DNA from: Amoebidium appalachense
Lineage: Eukaryota; Protista; Ichthyosporea
Length of the DNA stretch: 64,000 bases
Direction of reading: 5' to 3'
NCBI GenBank assembly: GCA_963693365.1
Contig: CAVNZM010000001.1
Span: 2,496,907-2,560,906 of the forward strand
This document shows, in pieces, positions 55,949 to 64,000 of the stretch. Position 1 is the first letter of the stretch; each line of letters starts with the position of its first letter. The notes beneath the pieces are model-generated. The model did no database searches, was not told where the DNA came from, and saw only the letters and a list, made by a program, of their open reading frames with translations. The translations under genes were made by a program, and so were the position numbers.

Positions 55949-56944
55949 GCATAGGAAGTTTAGTACAAGGGTACAAAACGAATAGAACAGGAAAGACATG
56001 CACCTTGCAATATCGCAGGCACCCACAAGAACATACCAAGACCCCGACCCAAAGAAAGGCCACGAAAAAGCCCCACACCAAAACACACAAAAAACACTCC
56101 CACAAGAGATAAGGCACCATGTACGTACCCACAAACAGCTTTGGGTTGTTGACGTTGAGTGCCGACAGTGATAGGGCCAGACTGGACAGCTGGGCCGGTT
56201 CCAGTTCGGGTAGCCGTGATTCGGCAGCCGCGGCATATTGCTGCAAATAGGCCTACATGGTAAGCATTTCTTTGAAACCCCCCTCCCCCTCCCCATCCAC
56301 CCACCCATACACACACACACACCACCACCACTACCTCCACCACCACAACGAAAAGAAAAAAAAAGAAAGAAAGGAAAAAAAAATAAAGGGAACCCCCCCC
56401 CCCCCCCTCCTCCTTCCGCACTCAAAGGGGCACTTTTGTAGCTTTAGCTTGCATGTTACATTTTCGGAGCGGGCTGAATGGGTTGAGCCTCCCCCCCTCC
56501 CCCCCCCCCCCCCCCCCCCCCCCCCCCACCCCCGATCATCAAAAAAAACAAGATTGAAGGAGCCGGGATTTGTAAGTTCCGACCTTCCCCCCCTCCCCCC
56601 CCCTCCCCCCCCTCCCGAAAAAACAAAAACAAAAAAAAACCCAACACAAACACACGCACGCACACATGCATACACGCATGCACACACACATGCACACATA
56701 CCCACACACAAAGAAGAAGGAGAGCAGGAGGAAGAGGAAAAAGAGGAAGAAGGAGAGAGAGGGCACCAATAGAAAAACGACAAGACGACCGGGAACACAT
56801 ATAAGCAACTAAAGTTAAGCCGACAAATCAACGACCAAACGGGCACCCACCTACCGCCAGAAGCCATGCATCTGGCTACAACCTACATACATAAACATGC
56901 ACAGGCATCAAGATTTTTAAATGCAAAAGCAATCCGCCCCCTTC

Positions 56945-56975
<31 letters not shown>

Positions 56976-57028
56976 AAAAAACAAACAAAAACATGAACGA
57001 ACGCATGCAGGCAGACAGACAGACAGAC

Positions 57029-57069
<41 letters not shown>

Positions 57070-59004
57070 GCACGCACGCACACACATACATACACACACC
57101 TCCACGACGTTAGCCTCAGTCACTTTTGCAGCAGCCAGCAGGCCCACTGCATCGACCAGGATCGATCCCTCCAACTGCTGGGGGTTGGCTGTCAACACGG
57201 CATCCCTCTCGTTGCCTTCAAGCTGCACAGGCCGGTGGGTGGACACAGATGTGCGGTACTTTTGGAGCGCTGCAGTGAAGCCTGTGGGGGGGGAGGGCGG
57301 GAGAAGGGGGGGTGGGGGGGGAGAGAGGGTTGGTAAGTTGGTAACCTTTCCTTACCTTTTGTGTTTGTTGGTTTCTTTGTTTCTCTCTGTGAGTGTTAGT
57401 GTGAGTGTGAGTGTGAGTGTGAGTGTGAGTGTGTGTATGTGTGTGTGTATGTGTTTGTGTGTGCGTGTGTGTCAGTTTATGCTATGGGAAATGTGGCTCT
57501 TGGTTTCTCAGTTGCCCAGTAAACTTCAAATGATGAATTTTTGTGCCAATTGTCGAAACTACATACCGAGTGTACATAAAACATGCCAGTAACATGTTCA
57601 GGTGAAATTCCGTCATCCGATCATGAACACCAGTTACAAACCGAAATCGCAAGAATACGGAATACTCCAAGTAAAACAAAGTTATACCATACATCCGGAA
57701 AAGGAATAGCTCTGTGGTAGAGTTGTGCAACGACTCCATGCCCTTGAAATGTCCCCCCCTCCCCCCCCCCCCACCCCCAACCCAACCCCCCCCCCCGCCC
57801 CCCGCCGCCTCCCCCCAAATCAGCCTCAGCTAAAACCAAAAAAAAAAAAAAAGAACGGCCTTTGAAACAGAACTCACCTGCAGCAGAGTGATGTGATGAT
57901 GAAGCGGCTGCTGCTGTCTGCATATCAAATGAGTATGGCGTAAGTAGATGTATTCCCATAGGAACTTCCGCCAAGTCTCCCTCCCTCCCCCTCCCCCGCT
58001 CCACACACCCATCGATACATCACACTCACGCGCACACACACCCACACCCACAAACATCACACATGCCCCCCCCCCCCCCCCCCCCTCCCCCTCCCCCTCC
58101 GCCCCCCTTGTGTGAACACAAGAAGCGTCATCATGGACTCTCTCTTTCGCATTCTCACTCACTCTCTCTCTCTCTTTCTCTCACTCACTCTTCTCTCTCT
58201 CACTATCTCTCACTCTCACTCTCTCATTCTCACTCACTTTTAACTCTCACTCACTCTGTCTCTCACTCTCTCCCACACAAACACCCTCCCACCCTCCCAA
58301 CCTCCCACTCTTCAACCTCCGCCCCCTCCCCCCCCCCTCTCACTCTCTCTCTCTCTCACCCTCGAGCACTATATCTTTCTGTCTGTGTCACTCCCCTCCC
58401 CCCACTCCCAAACACCTGCAAATCCCATCCTAGCGCCCCAACCATGCTTTCCGTTCACTCCACCTCCTCTCTAAAACTCGGAATCAATCAACTTCAGGCG
58501 GTACTCGCCCCCCTCCCAAAGTTTGCGCCCAAATGATAAGGGTCTGTCTCCCCCCTCCCTTCTCCTCCCCCCGTCTCCCCCGCCCCGCCCCCTGACAACA
58601 TCCCCCACCCCCCTCCACCCCCCCCCCCCCCCCCCCCCTTCTGGCATGCACCAAGTCCCTTACGCCTCCCCCTTTCTCCTTCCCCCCCCCCCCCCCCCTC
58701 TCCCCAACCACCACCACCACGTTTTGCACACTTATTCAGCACACTTCTCCAACAGTCAGTCAGCAATTCCCTCCCAACATTCCCTCCAGCCTCCCACTCA
58801 CCCTCTCCGCCCCCCCCCCCCCCCCCCTCCCTGATCCCCCTGTCCAGACACAAAATTTACAACCACGACAGAGGAATCGAAAGCCAACAAGAAAGGGAGC
58901 ATGGGGCCTTCGGTGTATAATAAACTTACAGCCAAATGGCGTTGAGACAGAGCGGCACCGAGCCTCAGCTGGCACACAGCTACACGCAGGTGATTTAGGC
59001 TCAT
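52236..59004 (-). CDS. Helical-repeat RNA-binding protein with 37-aa repeats (heptatricopeptide/OPR/FASTK-like), probably mitochondrial
   Basis: Exons 59004-58930, a poorly defined exon ending ~57878, 57281-57100, 56240-56129, 55753-55576, 55284-55187, 54392-54315, 53595-53519, 52944-52864, 52402-52236. Seven repeats with a period of exactly 37 aa (LSSLALSL, VANTMWAL, VSNLAWAC, LSNLLWSF, LARISWAF, LVTLATAF...). Basic N-terminus without acidic residues, MSLNHLRVAVCQLRLGAALSQRHLA. Confidence 0.85.
53842..53969 (-). mobile_element. Dispersed intronic ~130-nt element, second long copy
   Basis: Sense sequence TGGATGACGTGGGCCCCACCTGAGGACGGGCTCTGTTTATTATGCATACTCTTC...TGTGTACTTCGTACTTTATGGCGCATTTAAACCAAA-polyC. 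Confidence 0.75.
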
Positions 59005-59594
59005 TTTCTCGGTTCGTTGCTTCGTCAAGAGGCAGAAAAAAGAACGTCACAGAGATGGTGTAACTAATTTAAGTGAACATAAGGTCAAGTCTAGAACTTT
59101 GCTTGTTGACAGTGACCCTGACCCCCTGAGGGCGCTAGGCTATTGAGGTAAGTGTAAAAGGATAGTGAACAATAGTGTGTGTTAGACAAAAATTAAGTTA
59201 CACGAGGCCAGATGAGAGATTTTCATGCACCGAAACACAGGTCCACCGCAGAGCCCATGGAACACCGCCCACCCAAGCCCTTCCTAGGATCCTGTAACCC
59301 TTTTCACCTTGTGTGGACATAAGGACAGGCAACATGCATGCTGGTCGGCGCACCACACCAGAACGCACCACCCTTACGTAAGTAGAAGATCATAAAGCAT
59401 TTTGATTGGTGTATAATGTACCACCAGAGTGGCTCACTCAGCTCTGGGTCTCAGCCTTCTCGCGATCGAGCGAGCTGTTCAAGTATGGTTTTTTCGCCCT
59501 CGTCATGACGTTGAAGGAGTAACGAGCAGTTTGCAGTAGATAATGATCTTTGTGTTTTTACTAGGCTGGCGGCTTACTTGGGCCAAGCTGCAGC

Positions 59595-63988
<4,394 letters not shown>

Positions 63989-64000
63989 GTATCTGACCTC

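Overview
Eukaryotic nuclear DNA from an intron-rich organism, probably unicellular; the taxon cannot be fixed from this window. Introns are filled with poly-C/poly-G, (CA)n, (CT)n and (GAAA)n tracts, so most ORFs in the supplied track are microsatellite artefacts. Manual splicing gives nine genes: the 3' half of a PIWI-clade Argonaute (+, two apparent lesions), a long-chain acyl-CoA synthetase (+), an AMPK/MARK-related kinase with UBA domain (-), an SPFH/band-7 protein (+), a folate-biopterin (BT1) transporter (+), a SMYD-type SET+MYND methyltransferase (-), a secreted two-domain saposin-like protein (-), a 37-aa helical-repeat (heptatricopeptide-like) protein (-) and the 5' part of a sterol O-acyltransferase (+). 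The most unusual observations are: a dispersed ~130-nt intronic element that abuts poly-C, lies in the host sense orientation in every copy and has a covarying hairpin; a catalytically intact Piwi with a nonsense codon and an apparent ~660-bp insertion; a perfect 47-bp palindrome; and a PP1-docking-like motif inside the SMYD insert. At least one homopolymer frameshift suggests residual assembly errors, so single-base anomalies need read-level checks. All calls are by eye; no database searches were run.
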